Assembly: GCA_963751215.1 (NCBI GenBank)
Contig: CAVVTV010000025.1
Location: forward strand, 58,745-122,744
DNA from: an uncultured Thermoleophilia bacterium
Lineage (GTDB): Bacteria > Actinomycetota > Thermoleophilia > UBA2241
Reading direction: 5' to 3'
Length of the DNA stretch: 64,000 nt
Shown here: in pieces, positions 1 to 8,551 of the stretch
Layout of the letters: every line of letters begins with the position of its first letter
How positions within the stretch are numbered: the first letter of the stretch is position 1
Made by a program: the position numbers and the translations under genes
The notes under the pieces: model-generated
The model's input: only the letters and a program-made list of their open reading frames with translations
Told to the model about the DNA's origin: nothing
The model's database searches: none

Positions 1-691
1 CGCCGTAGCTGTGATCGCCGATGCGCATCACCGGAGCCTGCGAGCAGGCTCCCAGGCAGGTCACCGACGACAGGGTGAACTTCATGTCTTTGGTGGTCTT
101 GCCGGCGGCGATGCCGAGCTCTTCTTCCAAAGCCTCGGTGATGCGCGCGGCACCGGCCACGTAGCAGGCGGCTCCGTGACACACGTCGACGAGGTGCTCG
201 CCCAGCGGCGACAGCCGGAACTGGTTGTAGAAGCTGGCCACGCCGTAGATCTCGCTGAGCGAGTGGCCGGTCTGCACACCGATCTCCTGAATGGCCAGGC
301 GCGGTAAGTATCCGTACACCGACTGCGCGTTCTGCAGCATGGCGATGAGGCCGGTGCCGTGCTCGTAGTAGTCGTCGAGCACCGGCTGCAGAGACCTCAG
401 GTCGACGCCGTCCTGCGCGGCCAGGCGTCGCTCCGCAACCCGCGCCGCGTTGGGCACCGGGAGCTGGTACTTGCTCGTGTAGTTCACGCGAATGACCTGC
501 ACCGGGCAGTTGCTCTCGCAGAGCGTGCAGGCGCGGCAGCGCGGGTCGCCGCTGGCCGGATCGATGACCACGCGAAACAGGCCGCGGCTGCGTTCGGGGA
601 GCTGCTCGCGTTGCTCGGGGTACTGCACGGTGATTTTCTTCATGGGCAGGTGGCCGAGCGTGGTGCGCATCGCCTTGAGCATGCCGAGCAT
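1..691 (-). CDS. Open-ended CDS (C-terminus beyond window): NuoI-like N-terminus with a single CxxCxxCxxxCP motif continuing in frame into a NuoE/HoxE-type thioredoxin-like [2Fe-2S] domain
   Basis: Own translation of minus strand from ATG 691..689 (TGATG overlap with nuoH stop): MLGMLKAMRTTLGHLPMKKITVQYPEQREQLPERSRGLFRVVIDPASGDPRCRACTLCESNCPVQVIRV...GLIAMLQNAQSVYGYLPRLAIQEIG...ASFYNQFRLSPLGEHLVDVCHGAACYVAG...FTLSSVTCLGACSQAPVMRIGD. No stop down to base 2. Missing from the supplied ORF track because it has no stop inside the window. Confidence 0.75.
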   Translation of the reverse strand, partial: MLGMLKAMRTTLGHLPMKKITVQYPEQREQLPERSRGLFRVVIDPASGDPRCRACTLCESNCPVQVIRVNYTSKYQLPVPNAARVAERRLAAQDGVDLRSLQPVLDDYYEHGTGLIAMLQNAQSVYGYLPRLAIQEIGVQTGHSLSEIYGVASFYNQFRLSPLGEHLVDVCHGAACYVAGAARITEALEEELGIAAGKTTKDMKFTLSSVTCLGACSQAPVMRIGDHSYG

Positions 692-1809
692 CAGGCATTC
701 ACCACCGGCGTGCGCTCACGCAGCTTGCGCAAGCGCCTCTTGAGGATGGGGTCGAACAGACCCACGAAGGCGACCAGCGCGATCCAGCTAAATACAGCCA
801 TGCCGATCTTCCACTGCGGCACCCACAGGATGATGGCCGCCGTGGCGAGAATGTTGGCGAGGCCCAGCGGGATGAGGATCTTCCAGGCGAAAGCCATGAG
901 CTGATCGACCTGCAGGCGCGGCAGCGAGAGGCGGATCCAGACCAGCACGAACACCAGAACGTAGGTCTTGACGAGGAACCAGATGAGGCCGATCCACGAC
1001 ACGCCCCAGAACACGACGGAACCCGCCCCGGGGCCCTGCCAGCCACCGAAGAAGAGGGTCACGGCGACCATCGACATGATGGTCATGCCGGCGTACTCGT
1101 TGAGGAAGAACATGCCGAAACGCATGCCCGAGTACTCGGTGCCGTAGCCCGACACCAGCTCCGACTCGCTCTCGGGCAGATCGAACGGGCCGCGGTTCAA
1201 CTCGGCGATGGACGCGATGTAGAAGATGAGGAAGGCGAAGGGCGCGTAGAACGCGATCCACCGGTAGCCGGACTGGGCGGCTACCACCCGGGTGATGGTG
1301 AGCGAGCCCACGGCCATCGCCACGATGAGCATGCCGAGGATCATGGGGATCTCGTAGGAGACCATCTGCGCGGCGGCGCGCAGGGCTCCGACCAGGGAGT
1401 ACTTGTTGCGCGACGACCAGCCGCCCAGGAGGATGGACATGGTCGTGAAGCTGGTGATGGCGACCAGGAAGATAAGGCCCACGTTGAGGTTGGCGGCGAT
1501 GAGACCGCCGGTGTAGGGCAGCACGAGCTGCACGGCCACGGCGCCGATCATGACCATGATCGGCGCCAGCGTGAACAGCACCGGGTCGGCCGCCGCCGGG
1601 CGGAAGTCTTCCTTGCCCATCATCTTGAAGGCGTCGGCCACGCTCTGCAGCACGCCTTGCGGGCCGGTGCGATTGGGGCCCAGACGGTCCTGCATGAAGG
1701 CCAGCACACGGCGCTCGTAGACAATGTTCACAAGCGCCGCCACGAACACCACCGCGTAGGCGATAACCACGAAGAGTATGGCGCGAAGGATGGCGAGGAG
1801 GAGGTGCAT
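691..1809 (-). CDS. nuoH: NADH-quinone oxidoreductase subunit H
   Basis: 372-aa multi-TM ORF with ND1/NuoH signature ...YERRVLAFMQDRLGPNRTGPQGVLQSVADAFKMMGKED...; ATG directly abuts the nuoD stop. Confidence 0.95.
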   Translation of the reverse strand: MHLLLAILRAILFVVIAYAVVFVAALVNIVYERRVLAFMQDRLGPNRTGPQGVLQSVADAFKMMGKEDFRPAAADPVLFTLAPIMVMIGAVAVQLVLPYTGGLIAANLNVGLIFLVAITSFTTMSILLGGWSSRNKYSLVGALRAAAQMVSYEIPMILGMLIVAMAVGSLTITRVVAAQSGYRWIAFYAPFAFLIFYIASIAELNRGPFDLPESESELVSGYGTEYSGMRFGMFFLNEYAGMTIMSMVAVTLFFGGWQGPGAGSVVFWGVSWIGLIWFLVKTYVLVFVLVWIRLSLPRLQVDQLMAFAWKILIPLGLANILATAAIILWVPQWKIGMAVFSWIALVAFVGLFDPILKRRLRKLRERTPVVNA

Positions 1810-3024
1810 CTAGCGGTCGATGCCTCCCAGCACCAGGTCGATGCTTCCCGAGATGGCCACCGCGTCGGCGATCTTGTTGCCGCTCAGGATCTTGGGGAAG
1901 ATCTGCAGGTTACAGAAGCAGGGGTCGCGGAACTTGAGCCGGAACGGGTAGCGCGAGCCGTCGCTCACGATGTAGGTACCGAACTCGCCGCGCGGGTTTT
2001 CCTGGCCCACATAGCAGGCGCCGGGCGGCGGCGTGATCACGTAGGGCGCGCGCAGCGAGCCGACCTGCACCGGCCCCTTGGGCAGCATGTCGAGCGCCTG
2101 CTCCACGATCTTCACGCTCTCGCGCATCTCGTTCATACGCACCCTGTACCGATCGAACACGTCGCCGTGGCTCTCGGTGCACACCTTGAAATCGAGCTCG
2201 GGATACACCGAGTACGGCCGCGTGCGGCGCAAGTCGTGGGCCACGCCGGAGGCGCGCGCGTTGGGCCCGGTAATGCCATAGTCGATCACGTCCTGCTGGG
2301 TGATGACTCCCTTGCCCATGCAGCGCTGCAGGAAGATGGCATTGTCGTCGACCAGCGACTCGTACTCGGCGATGAGCTTGGGCATGCGCTTCATGAGGTC
2401 GCGGCACTTCTCGACCCAGCCCTCCGGCAGATCGTGCCGCACGCCGCCGAAGCGGAAGTAGTTGAACATCATGCGGGCGCCGCTCAACGACTCGAGCAGG
2501 TCGAGGATCTGCTCGCGATCGCGGAACATGTAGAACACCATGGCCGTGCCGAGCGGTGCCAGGTCGGCGGTAAACGTGCCCACCGCGACCAGATGGCTGG
2601 CGATCCGCATGAGCTCGCCACTGATGACGCGGATGAATTCGGCCCGGCGCGTGGGCTGGATGCCGGCGAGCTGCTCGACGGCCAGCATGTAGCCCCATTC
2701 ACAGTTGAGTCCGGCGAGATACTCGGTGCGGTCGACGATGGGGATGTACTGGAAGTAGGTGCGCTTCTCGGCGAGCTTCTCCTTGCAGCGATGCAGGTAG
2801 CCGATCACCGGGATGACGTCTTTCACCAGCTCGCCGTCGAGCGTCACGATCAGGCGCAGCACGCCGTGCGTGCTGGGATGCTGCGGCCCCATGTTGACGA
2901 TCACCTCGTTGAACGCCAGGCCCTCCACGTTGGAGCCTTCGCCGCGCGCGGTGGCCTCGGCCATGCGCCGCTGGGCGAGCTTGATGGCCTCGTCGGGCTC
3001 GGGCGTGGCGAACTGGTCATACAT
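1810..3024 (-). CDS. nuoD: NADH-quinone oxidoreductase subunit D (49 kDa)
   Basis: 404 aa; MGPQHPSTHGVLRLIVTLDGE..., ...RMMFNYFRFGGV..., C-terminal ...SIDLVLGGIDR typical of NuoD; overlaps nuoC stop by 8 nt. Confidence 0.95.
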   Translation of the reverse strand: MYDQFATPEPDEAIKLAQRRMAEATARGEGSNVEGLAFNEVIVNMGPQHPSTHGVLRLIVTLDGELVKDVIPVIGYLHRCKEKLAEKRTYFQYIPIVDRTEYLAGLNCEWGYMLAVEQLAGIQPTRRAEFIRVISGELMRIASHLVAVGTFTADLAPLGTAMVFYMFRDREQILDLLESLSGARMMFNYFRFGGVRHDLPEGWVEKCRDLMKRMPKLIAEYESLVDDNAIFLQRCMGKGVITQQDVIDYGITGPNARASGVAHDLRRTRPYSVYPELDFKVCTESHGDVFDRYRVRMNEMRESVKIVEQALDMLPKGPVQVGSLRAPYVITPPPGACYVGQENPRGEFGTYIVSDGSRYPFRLKFRDPCFCNLQIFPKILSGNKIADAVAISGSIDLVLGGIDR

Positions 3025-3511
3025 GGGGATGGTTCTCCACGAGGTCGACGTAGTCTTTGCGCAGTGGATGGCCCACGAAGTCGTCCTTCAGCAGGATGCG
3101 GCGCAGGTCGGGATGGCCGAGATAGCGGATGCCGAGCATGTCCCAGGCCTCGCGCTCGTGCCAGTCGGCCGCGGGCCATACGTCGGTCACCGTGTCGATC
3201 TCGGCCTTGCCGCGCGGCACCTGCACGTGCAGCTCGAGGTACGTGTTGGTCTTCCACGAGTACAGGTGGTAGACGCTCTCGAAGTGCTTGACCAGATCGA
3301 CACCGGCGACGAAGTTGAGCGTCTCGTAGCCGATCTCGGGGTGGGCCTTGAGGCGCCGGGCAACGTCTTTGAGGGCGGCCGCGGCGCAGTGCGCGACCAC
3401 CGTGACGGGCTCCTGGAGGCGCAGATCGCGCAGGTCGGGGCCAAGATCGGCGCCCAGGCGCTCGGCGACGGCCGCGATGCCGATGCTGTTGGTACCGACC
3501 TCGAGAGCCAT
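3017..3511 (-). CDS. nuoC: NADH-quinone oxidoreductase subunit C (30 kDa)
   Basis: Track ORF 3017..3685 trimmed to internal ATG 3511 (MALEVGTNSIG...); the upstream part is Arg/Ser-rich junk overlapping nuoB. Motif ...WHEREAWDMLGIRYLGHPDLRRILL... Confidence 0.85.
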   Translation of the reverse strand: MALEVGTNSIGIAAVAERLGADLGPDLRDLRLQEPVTVVAHCAAAALKDVARRLKAHPEIGYETLNFVAGVDLVKHFESVYHLYSWKTNTYLELHVQVPRGKAEIDTVTDVWPAADWHEREAWDMLGIRYLGHPDLRRILLKDDFVGHPLRKDYVDLVENHPHV

Positions 3512-3512
3512 G

Positions 3513-4076
3513 CTAGGACTCCCTGCCGGCGAGCGGCAGTGCGGCGGATGGCACCGGCGCCTCGGCCACGAACTTGTGCTCCTGGATCTTCTTCTGCAGC
3601 TCGAGCAGACCCTGGAAGAGCGCCTCGGGGCGCGGCGGACAGCCGGGGATGTACACATCCACGGGGACGATCTTGTCGACCCCATTGACCACGTTGTAGC
3701 CGTCGTAGAACGGGCCGCCGCTGGTGGCGCAGGAACCCATGCTGATGACCCACTTGGGCTCCGACATCTGGTCGTAGAGGCGCTTGAGCACCGGCGCCAT
3801 CTTCTCGTTCACGGTACCCGCCACGATCATGAGGTCGCACTGTCGCGGCGTGGGGCGAAATACCTCCATGCCGTAGCGCGCTACATCGAAGCGGGCGAAG
3901 CCCGAGCTGAGCATCTCGATGGCGCAGCAGGCCAGACCGTAGGTGAAGGGGAACACCGAGTGCGAGCGCGCCCAGCCGAAGATAAAGTCGGCCGTGGTGG
4001 TGATGATGTTGGGTCTCTCGAAGTGCTCCAGCTTGGGGTAGCGCACCTTGAACCGGTCGGGCCCCGCATCGTTCAT
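3513..4076 (-). CDS. nuoB: NADH-quinone oxidoreductase subunit B (PSST, N2 cluster)
   Basis: Track ORF 3513..4274 trimmed to ATG 4076 (MNDAGPDRF...), ATGA overlap with nuoA stop. Motifs [34 protein letters not shown]. Confidence 0.9.
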   Translation of the reverse strand: MNDAGPDRFKVRYPKLEHFERPNIITTTADFIFGWARSHSVFPFTYGLACCAIEMLSSGFARFDVARYGMEVFRPTPRQCDLMIVAGTVNEKMAPVLKRLYDQMSEPKWVISMGSCATSGGPFYDGYNVVNGVDKIVPVDVYIPGCPPRPEALFQGLLELQKKIQEHKFVAEAPVPSAALPLAGRES

Positions 4077-4459
4077 GCCCACTCCAGGGCCCCCTTGCGC
4101 CAGGCATAGAGGAGGCCGAAGCCCAGCACGAGGATGAACAGCAGCATCTCTACGAACCCGCTGGTGCCCAGGGTGCGAAACACGATCGCCCAGGGGAACA
4201 GGAAGACCGCCTCCACATCGAACACCAGGAACAGCAGGCCGAACACGTAGTAGCGCACCGCGAACGGCGCCCACGGGTTACCCACCGGGGGGATGCCGCA
4301 CTCGTAGGTCGCAAGCTTCTCGGGCGTGAGGTGGCTCGGATTGATGACCTTGGAGAAGAGCAAGATGAGCACGACCAACGCACCGCCAGCGGCGATGAAG
4401 AGCCACACGTAGAGCCAGTTGGTGAGATATGTGCCTGTCATGCGAAAAGTGAGAAGCAA
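4073..4459 (-). CDS. nuoA: NADH-quinone oxidoreductase subunit A
   Basis: 128-aa 3-TM ORF ...[44 protein letters not shown]...; first gene of the operon. Alternative start ATG 4441 (MTGTYL...). Confidence 0.85.
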   Translation of the reverse strand: MLLTFRMTGTYLTNWLYVWLFIAAGGALVVLILLFSKVINPSHLTPEKLATYECGIPPVGNPWAPFAVRYYVFGLLFLVFDVEAVFLFPWAIVFRTLGTSGFVEMLLFILVLGFGLLYAWRKGALEWA

Positions 4460-4503
4460 CCGCCCCGGGACACCGGGGCGAGAGCGAGCGTCTCGTGCGG
4501 CGG

Positions 4504-4533
4504 ACTATACCAAACGCGTCGCGCGAGGCGCAA
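4504..4533 (-). promoter_or_regulatory. Putative sigma70-type promoter of the nuo operon (-35 TTGCGC, 18-nt spacer, extended -10 TGgTATAGT)
   Basis: Minus strand reads ...gagTTGCGCctcgcgcgacgcgttTGgTATAGTccgccgc...; about 45-60 nt upstream of the nuoA start. The leader contains hairpin gccccgg-tgtc-ccggggc. Confidence 0.35.
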
Positions 4534-4664
4534 CTCCCTCTCACACCCCCCCCGGGTATCAAAACTCGCCGGCATTTGCAGGGATTTCGTGCAGGCCCGG
4601 GCCCCAATGGCCTGCGCGGCGACATGACTTTGGACCTCTGGCGGCCGCCCCGCCAGCCTCGCGT

Positions 4665-4693
4665 TGACCCTGATCGCCACCACGCCTAAGATG
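4665..4693 (+). promoter_or_regulatory. Putative sigma70-type promoter of tatA/B-tatC (-35 TTGACC, 17-nt spacer, -10 TAAGAT)
   Basis: Sequence cgcgTTGACCctgatcgccaccacgccTAAGATgag; about 38 nt upstream of GTG 4731. Confidence 0.35.
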
Positions 4694-4730
4694 AGATGGA
4701 CCCGTACCGCAGTACAAGGGATCCCCGCCT

Positions 4731-5423
4731 GTGAGTGTTGGCCCCGTCGAAATCGTCATTGTGCTCGCCCTCGCCCTGCTCGTGTTCGGGCCTAACAAGC
4801 TCCCGCAGGCGGGCCGCAGCCTGGGCCAGGCTCTCCGTGAGTTTCGCAGGCTGGCGGCCACGGCGCGTGACGAACTGGGCCTGGACGAGGTCGCGAACGG
4901 GGTTAACGATCTCAAGTCGAGCCTGGGTCTCGACGAGGTTACGAACAGCGTCAACGAACTGAAGTCGAGCCTGGGTCTCGACGAGGTTGCGAATAGCGTC
5001 AACGAACTGAAGTCGAGTCTCAGCCTGGGCCTCAGCGCGGGCGCCGCTCAGACGCCGCCGGCGGCCGCTGCCGTCGGCGCCCTTCCCGCGGCGGCGGTCG
5101 GCGCCGCGGTGGTAGCGGCCGGCCCGGCGACAGAGTTGCCGGCCGCTACTCCCGCGCCCGTCACCGCGGCCCCACCATCGCAGGGCTTCGTGGGGTATCA
5201 GTCTCGCCAGGCCGAAACCGACGATGAGATCGCCGCGCCGGAAGCGGCGGCACCGGAAGCGGCGGCGCTGGCCGCGCCGGCGACTGCGGAGCCGGCGTTT
5301 GCGGCGGCTGAGCCCGAGGCGCCCGACGCACCGGCTGGGCCACAGGCGCCGGACGTGCCCCACGAGCCCGAGGCGGTGGCGACGCTGACCGGTCGAACGA
5401 CCGGGCCGCCCGCCGCGGGCTGA
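4731..5423 (+). CDS. tatA: Twin-arginine translocase TatA/TatB-family protein with internal 16-aa tandem repeats and an Ala/Pro-rich tail
   Basis: GTG start; N-terminus MSVGPVEIVIVLALALLVFGPNKLPQAGRSLGQALREFRR matches the TatA/E/B TM plus amphipathic helix; immediately upstream of tatC. The 230-aa length is more TatB-like. Confidence 0.85.
   Translation: MSVGPVEIVIVLALALLVFGPNKLPQAGRSLGQALREFRRLAATARDELGLDEVANGVNDLKSSLGLDEVTNSVNELKSSLGLDEVANSVNELKSSLSLGLSAGAAQTPPAAAAVGALPAAAVGAAVVAAGPATELPAATPAPVTAAPPSQGFVGYQSRQAETDDEIAAPEAAAPEAAALAAPATAEPAFAAAEPEAPDAPAGPQAPDVPHEPEAVATLTGRTTGPPAAG
4875..5018 (+). repeat. Three in-frame 48-bp tandem repeats inside tatA/B
   Basis: Units 4875-4922, 4923-4970 and 4971-5018 encode LGLDEV(A/T)N(G/S)VN(D/E)LKSS. 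Units 2 and 3 differ at only 3 nt. Confidence 0.9.
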
Positions 5424-5428
5424 GCCTC

Positions 5429-6235
5429 ATGCCCATCACCCCAGACGAACGACTCACTCTCTTTGAGCACCTCGACGAGCTGCGCAAGCGGCTCTTCTGG
5501 GCCATCGTCGCGGTGGCCGTGGGCATGACGCTGGCGGCGATCTTCAACAACCTTGTCTTCAGCCTGCTGCTGTATCCCCTCAGGCAGGTGCATGGCCTGA
5601 AACAGAGCACCTACCAGATCACCACGTTCAGCCCGGCCGAGCCGTTCATGGTGAGCCTCAAGGTCTGGATAGTCGTGGGCTTGCTGCTCGCCTCGCCGTT
5701 CCTCATCTGGCAACTCTGGGCGTTCGTGGGTCCGGCGTTCACGCGCACCGAAAAGAAGTACTTCTATCCCGTGGTGATCGCCACCACCGGCCTCTTCCTG
5801 GGCGGCGTGACCTTCGGCTACCTGATCGTGATTCCCAAGGCCATGCAATGGCTGCTCACCTTCGGCGCCGGGCATTTCAACGTGCAGCTACGGGCCAGTG
5901 ACTACTTCACCTTCGTCGCCTTGTTTGCCCTGGCGTTCGGGGCGGTGTTCGAGATGCCCGTGGTGCTCGTGCTGCTCGCCAGGGTGGGCGTGATCGACGA
6001 CAAGTTCCTGCGCAAGTATCGCCGTTGGGCGATCGTTATCAACGCCATCATCGCGGCCGTGATCACGCCCAGCCAGGACGCCTTCTCCATGCTCGCCATG
6101 TTCATCCCGCTGGTGATCTTGTACGAGATCTCCATCCCACTGGCGCGTCTTGTAAAGCCCAAGCCGAAAGCCGTCGCCGATGGCGAAGAGGCCGGCGACG
6201 GCGGTGACGACGACCTGAGCCGCGCACCGGCCTAG
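5429..6235 (+). CDS. tatC: Twin-arginine translocase subunit TatC
   Basis: 268 aa, 6 TM; N-terminus ...LTLFEHLDELRKRLFWAIVAVAVGM... and overall TatC pattern. Confidence 0.95.
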   Translation: MPITPDERLTLFEHLDELRKRLFWAIVAVAVGMTLAAIFNNLVFSLLLYPLRQVHGLKQSTYQITTFSPAEPFMVSLKVWIVVGLLLASPFLIWQLWAFVGPAFTRTEKKYFYPVVIATTGLFLGGVTFGYLIVIPKAMQWLLTFGAGHFNVQLRASDYFTFVALFALAFGAVFEMPVVLVLLARVGVIDDKFLRKYRRWAIVINAIIAAVITPSQDAFSMLAMFIPLVILYEISIPLARLVKPKPKAVADGEEAGDGGDDDLSRAPA

Positions 6236-6268
6236 GCGAGGCCCACGGCTCGTGTGTCTTCAATCAGG

Positions 6269-6274
6269 TAGAGT
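6269..6274 (+). promoter_or_regulatory. Putative -10 box TAGAGT, 8 nt upstream of the PBP ATG (near-leaderless)
   Basis: caggTAGAGTgttcgcctATGact; no SD between box and ATG. Confidence 0.35.
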
Positions 6275-6282
6275 GTTCGCCT

Positions 6283-8532
6283 ATGACTGAATACACCCGG
6301 CACCGCACCAGGTCCGACGATCTGCCCCGACGCAGGCGCGAGCGCCGCGAGAAGGCGCGCGGCAAGAGCCAGCGCAAGTGGCTGTGGCTCAAGGTCACGG
6401 GCATCGTGGTTCTGCTGCTCGTCATCGCCGTCTTCGGAGTCGCCGCCGGTGCTATCTACGCGGTCTCGCGCAACCTACCGTCGCTGGACAGCCTGCATAT
6501 CGCCGCGCCCGCCGTGAACACCACCATCTACGACCGCAACGGCCATGTTATCGCCGTGTTGCACGGTGCTCAGAACAGGGTGCCCGTGAAGAGCAGCCAG
6601 ATCGCCACGGTGATGAAAGAGGCCATCGTGGCCAGGGAAGATTCGCGCTTCTACTCTCACCACGGCATCGACTTTCAGGGTGTGCTGCGCGCCCTGATCG
6701 AGAACCTGCGCGCGGGCAGCATCCAGCAAGGTGGGTCGACAATCACCGAGGAGTACATCAAGACCGTCTACCTGGGCGACGAACGCACCTACACGCGCAA
6801 GATCCGCGAGGCGGTGCTCGCCTGGCAGCTCGAAGACAAGTGGACCAAGGATCAGATTCTCACCGCCTACCTGAACACGGTGTTCTTCGGTGCCAATGCC
6901 TACGGGGTCGAGGCGGCCGCCGAGACGTACTTCCATGTTCACGCCGCGCAGCTCAACCTCAAGCAGGCGGCGCTGCTGGCGGCGCTGCCCAAAGCCCCTT
7001 CCGAGCTCGATCCCACCATCGATCCGGCGGGCGCCAAGACGCAGCGCGACATCGTGCTGCAGCTCATGGCCAACCAGGGCTACATCACGCAGGCTCAGGC
7101 CACGGCGACCATGGCCAAGCCCATCGGCGTCTACAAGCATCCGAGATCCGTGAACAACCCCCTCGCCGCCTACTTCACCTCGTACGTGACCAACATTCTC
7201 ACCAAGCGCTATGGGACGCAGCAGGTGTTCGAGGGCGGGCTCAAGGTGTACACGAGCATCGACATGAAGTGGCAGCAAGACGCCATCGATGTGGTCAAGA
7301 AGGAGACCGCGCCGCTGAACTTCGGCTTCAAGCCGGCCGCCGCCCTCGTCGCCATCGATCCGAGCACCGGCTACATCCGCGCCATGGTGGGCGGCCTCGA
7401 CTTCAAGAAGCAGCAGTACAACCTGGCCTCGCAGGGCAAGCGCCAGCCAGGCTCGGCGATGAAGCCGTTCGTGCTCACCTCCGGCATCGAGCAGGGCATG
7501 AACCCCTACAGCACCTACTACTCGTCCAAGAGCCCCGTGGTCATTCCCATGCCGTGGGGCGCCCCCTGGGTAGTCAACGGCGATGGGTCCGGCGGCATGG
7601 AGAGCGTGGCGCAGGCCACGACCATCTCAGACAACGTGGTGTTCGCGCAGCTCAGCGTCGACGTGGGCCCGCAGAACACGGTCGACGTGGCGCGCAAGAT
7701 GGGCATCACGAGCACTCTCGACGCCGTGCCGTCGATCACACTGGGCACCTCGCCCGTGAGCCCCCTGGAGATGGCCGACGCCTACGCCACCTTCGCCAGC
7801 GGCGGCATCCACCACGCGCCGCAGGCGATCGTCAAGGTGGTGCTCGCCAACGGTCACGTAGACTGGCGGCCCAAGACCAAAGGCAACCGAGTCATCTCCG
7901 CCGGCATTGCTTCGGCCGTCACGAAGATCCTGCAGACGGTCACTGTTCCGCCCGGCACCGGCTACGCCACGGAGTCGTACTACCCCTACCCGCGCGCCGG
8001 CAAGACCGGCACCGCCGACGACAACTGCGACGTTTGGTACTGCGGCTTCACGCCGCAACTCGCGGCCGCCGTGTGGATGGGCGACATGGACCGTCGCCTG
8101 CCCATGGGCGCCGCCTTCGGCGGCACCTACTGCGCCCCCATGTGGGCCAAGTTCTACGCCGCCGCCTTCAAGAATCAGTCGCACCCGGGCTTCACCTACG
8201 CTCCCTACACGTTCGGTACCTGGCACGGCAAGTACGCCGGCAAGTCGCCGTCGGCGTCGCCCTCGGCGAGCAAGAGCGCCTCACCGTCGCCCACCACCAC
8301 GACCATCAAGCCGAAACCCACCACGCCGAAGCCCAGGCCGACCACCCCGAAGCCCACGCCGACCACACCCCAGCCCACGCCGACCACACCCCAGCCCAGC
8401 ACGTCGGCAGCGCCCAGACAGGCCGCTGTGAAGGTCGTTGTGGCGCTCGCTCCGCAATCCGGCTTCGGCGACGGCTCCGGAGGGCTAGCCGGCGCCGCGG
8501 CAAGCTGGCTAGCTCGCCCGCTGGCTCTCTAG
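6283..8532 (+). CDS. Class A penicillin-binding protein (glycosyltransferase GT51 + transpeptidase) with Pro/Thr-rich C-terminal tail
   Basis: 749 aa; Arg-rich cytoplasmic N-terminus, TM, GT51 motifs REDSRFYSHHGIDF, GGSTITEEY, RKIREA; TP motifs SAMKPF and KTGT; tail PTTPKP repeats (21-bp direct repeat 8353-8373/8374-8394). Confidence 0.9.
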   Translation: MTEYTRHRTRSDDLPRRRRERREKARGKSQRKWLWLKVTGIVVLLLVIAVFGVAAGAIYAVSRNLPSLDSLHIAAPAVNTTIYDRNGHVIAVLHGAQNRVPVKSSQIATVMKEAIVAREDSRFYSHHGIDFQGVLRALIENLRAGSIQQGGSTITEEYIKTVYLGDERTYTRKIREAVLAWQLEDKWTKDQILTAYLNTVFFGANAYGVEAAAETYFHVHAAQLNLKQAALLAALPKAPSELDPTIDPAGAKTQRDIVLQLMANQGYITQAQATATMAKPIGVYKHPRSVNNPLAAYFTSYVTNILTKRYGTQQVFEGGLKVYTSIDMKWQQDAIDVVKKETAPLNFGFKPAAALVAIDPSTGYIRAMVGGLDFKKQQYNLASQGKRQPGSAMKPFVLTSGIEQGMNPYSTYYSSKSPVVIPMPWGAPWVVNGDGSGGMESVAQATTISDNVVFAQLSVDVGPQNTVDVARKMGITSTLDAVPSITLGTSPVSPLEMADAYATFASGGIHHAPQAIVKVVLANGHVDWRPKTKGNRVISAGIASAVTKILQTVTVPPGTGYATESYYPYPRAGKTGTADDNCDVWYCGFTPQLAAAVWMGDMDRRLPMGAAFGGTYCAPMWAKFYAAAFKNQSHPGFTYAPYTFGTWHGKYAGKSPSASPSASKSASPSPTTTTIKPKPTTPKPRPTTPKPTPTTPQPTPTTPQPSTSAAPRQAAVKVVVALAPQSGFGDGSGGLAGAAASWLARPLAL

Positions 8533-8551
8533 CCGCCGCACGGCGGCGCTG

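Noticed and set aside
1657-3291. 544-aa plus-strand ORF antisense to nuoH/nuoD. Similar long antisense or alternative-frame ORFs occur at 6378-8552, 10918-12213, 37352-38554, 48729-50105, 58525-59964 and 60829-62622.
   Set aside because: All lie opposite or out of frame to genes with unmistakable conserved motifs. Their translations are Arg/Ala/Gly/His-rich low-complexity strings with no motifs. Long stop-free antisense frames are expected in GC-rich DNA.
4875-5018. A CRISPR-like array or minisatellite, because of regularly spaced repeats (also checked at 8353-8394 and 20797-20815).
   Set aside because: The repeats are contiguous with no spacers, in frame, and inside well-supported coding sequences. 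There are no cas genes in the window.
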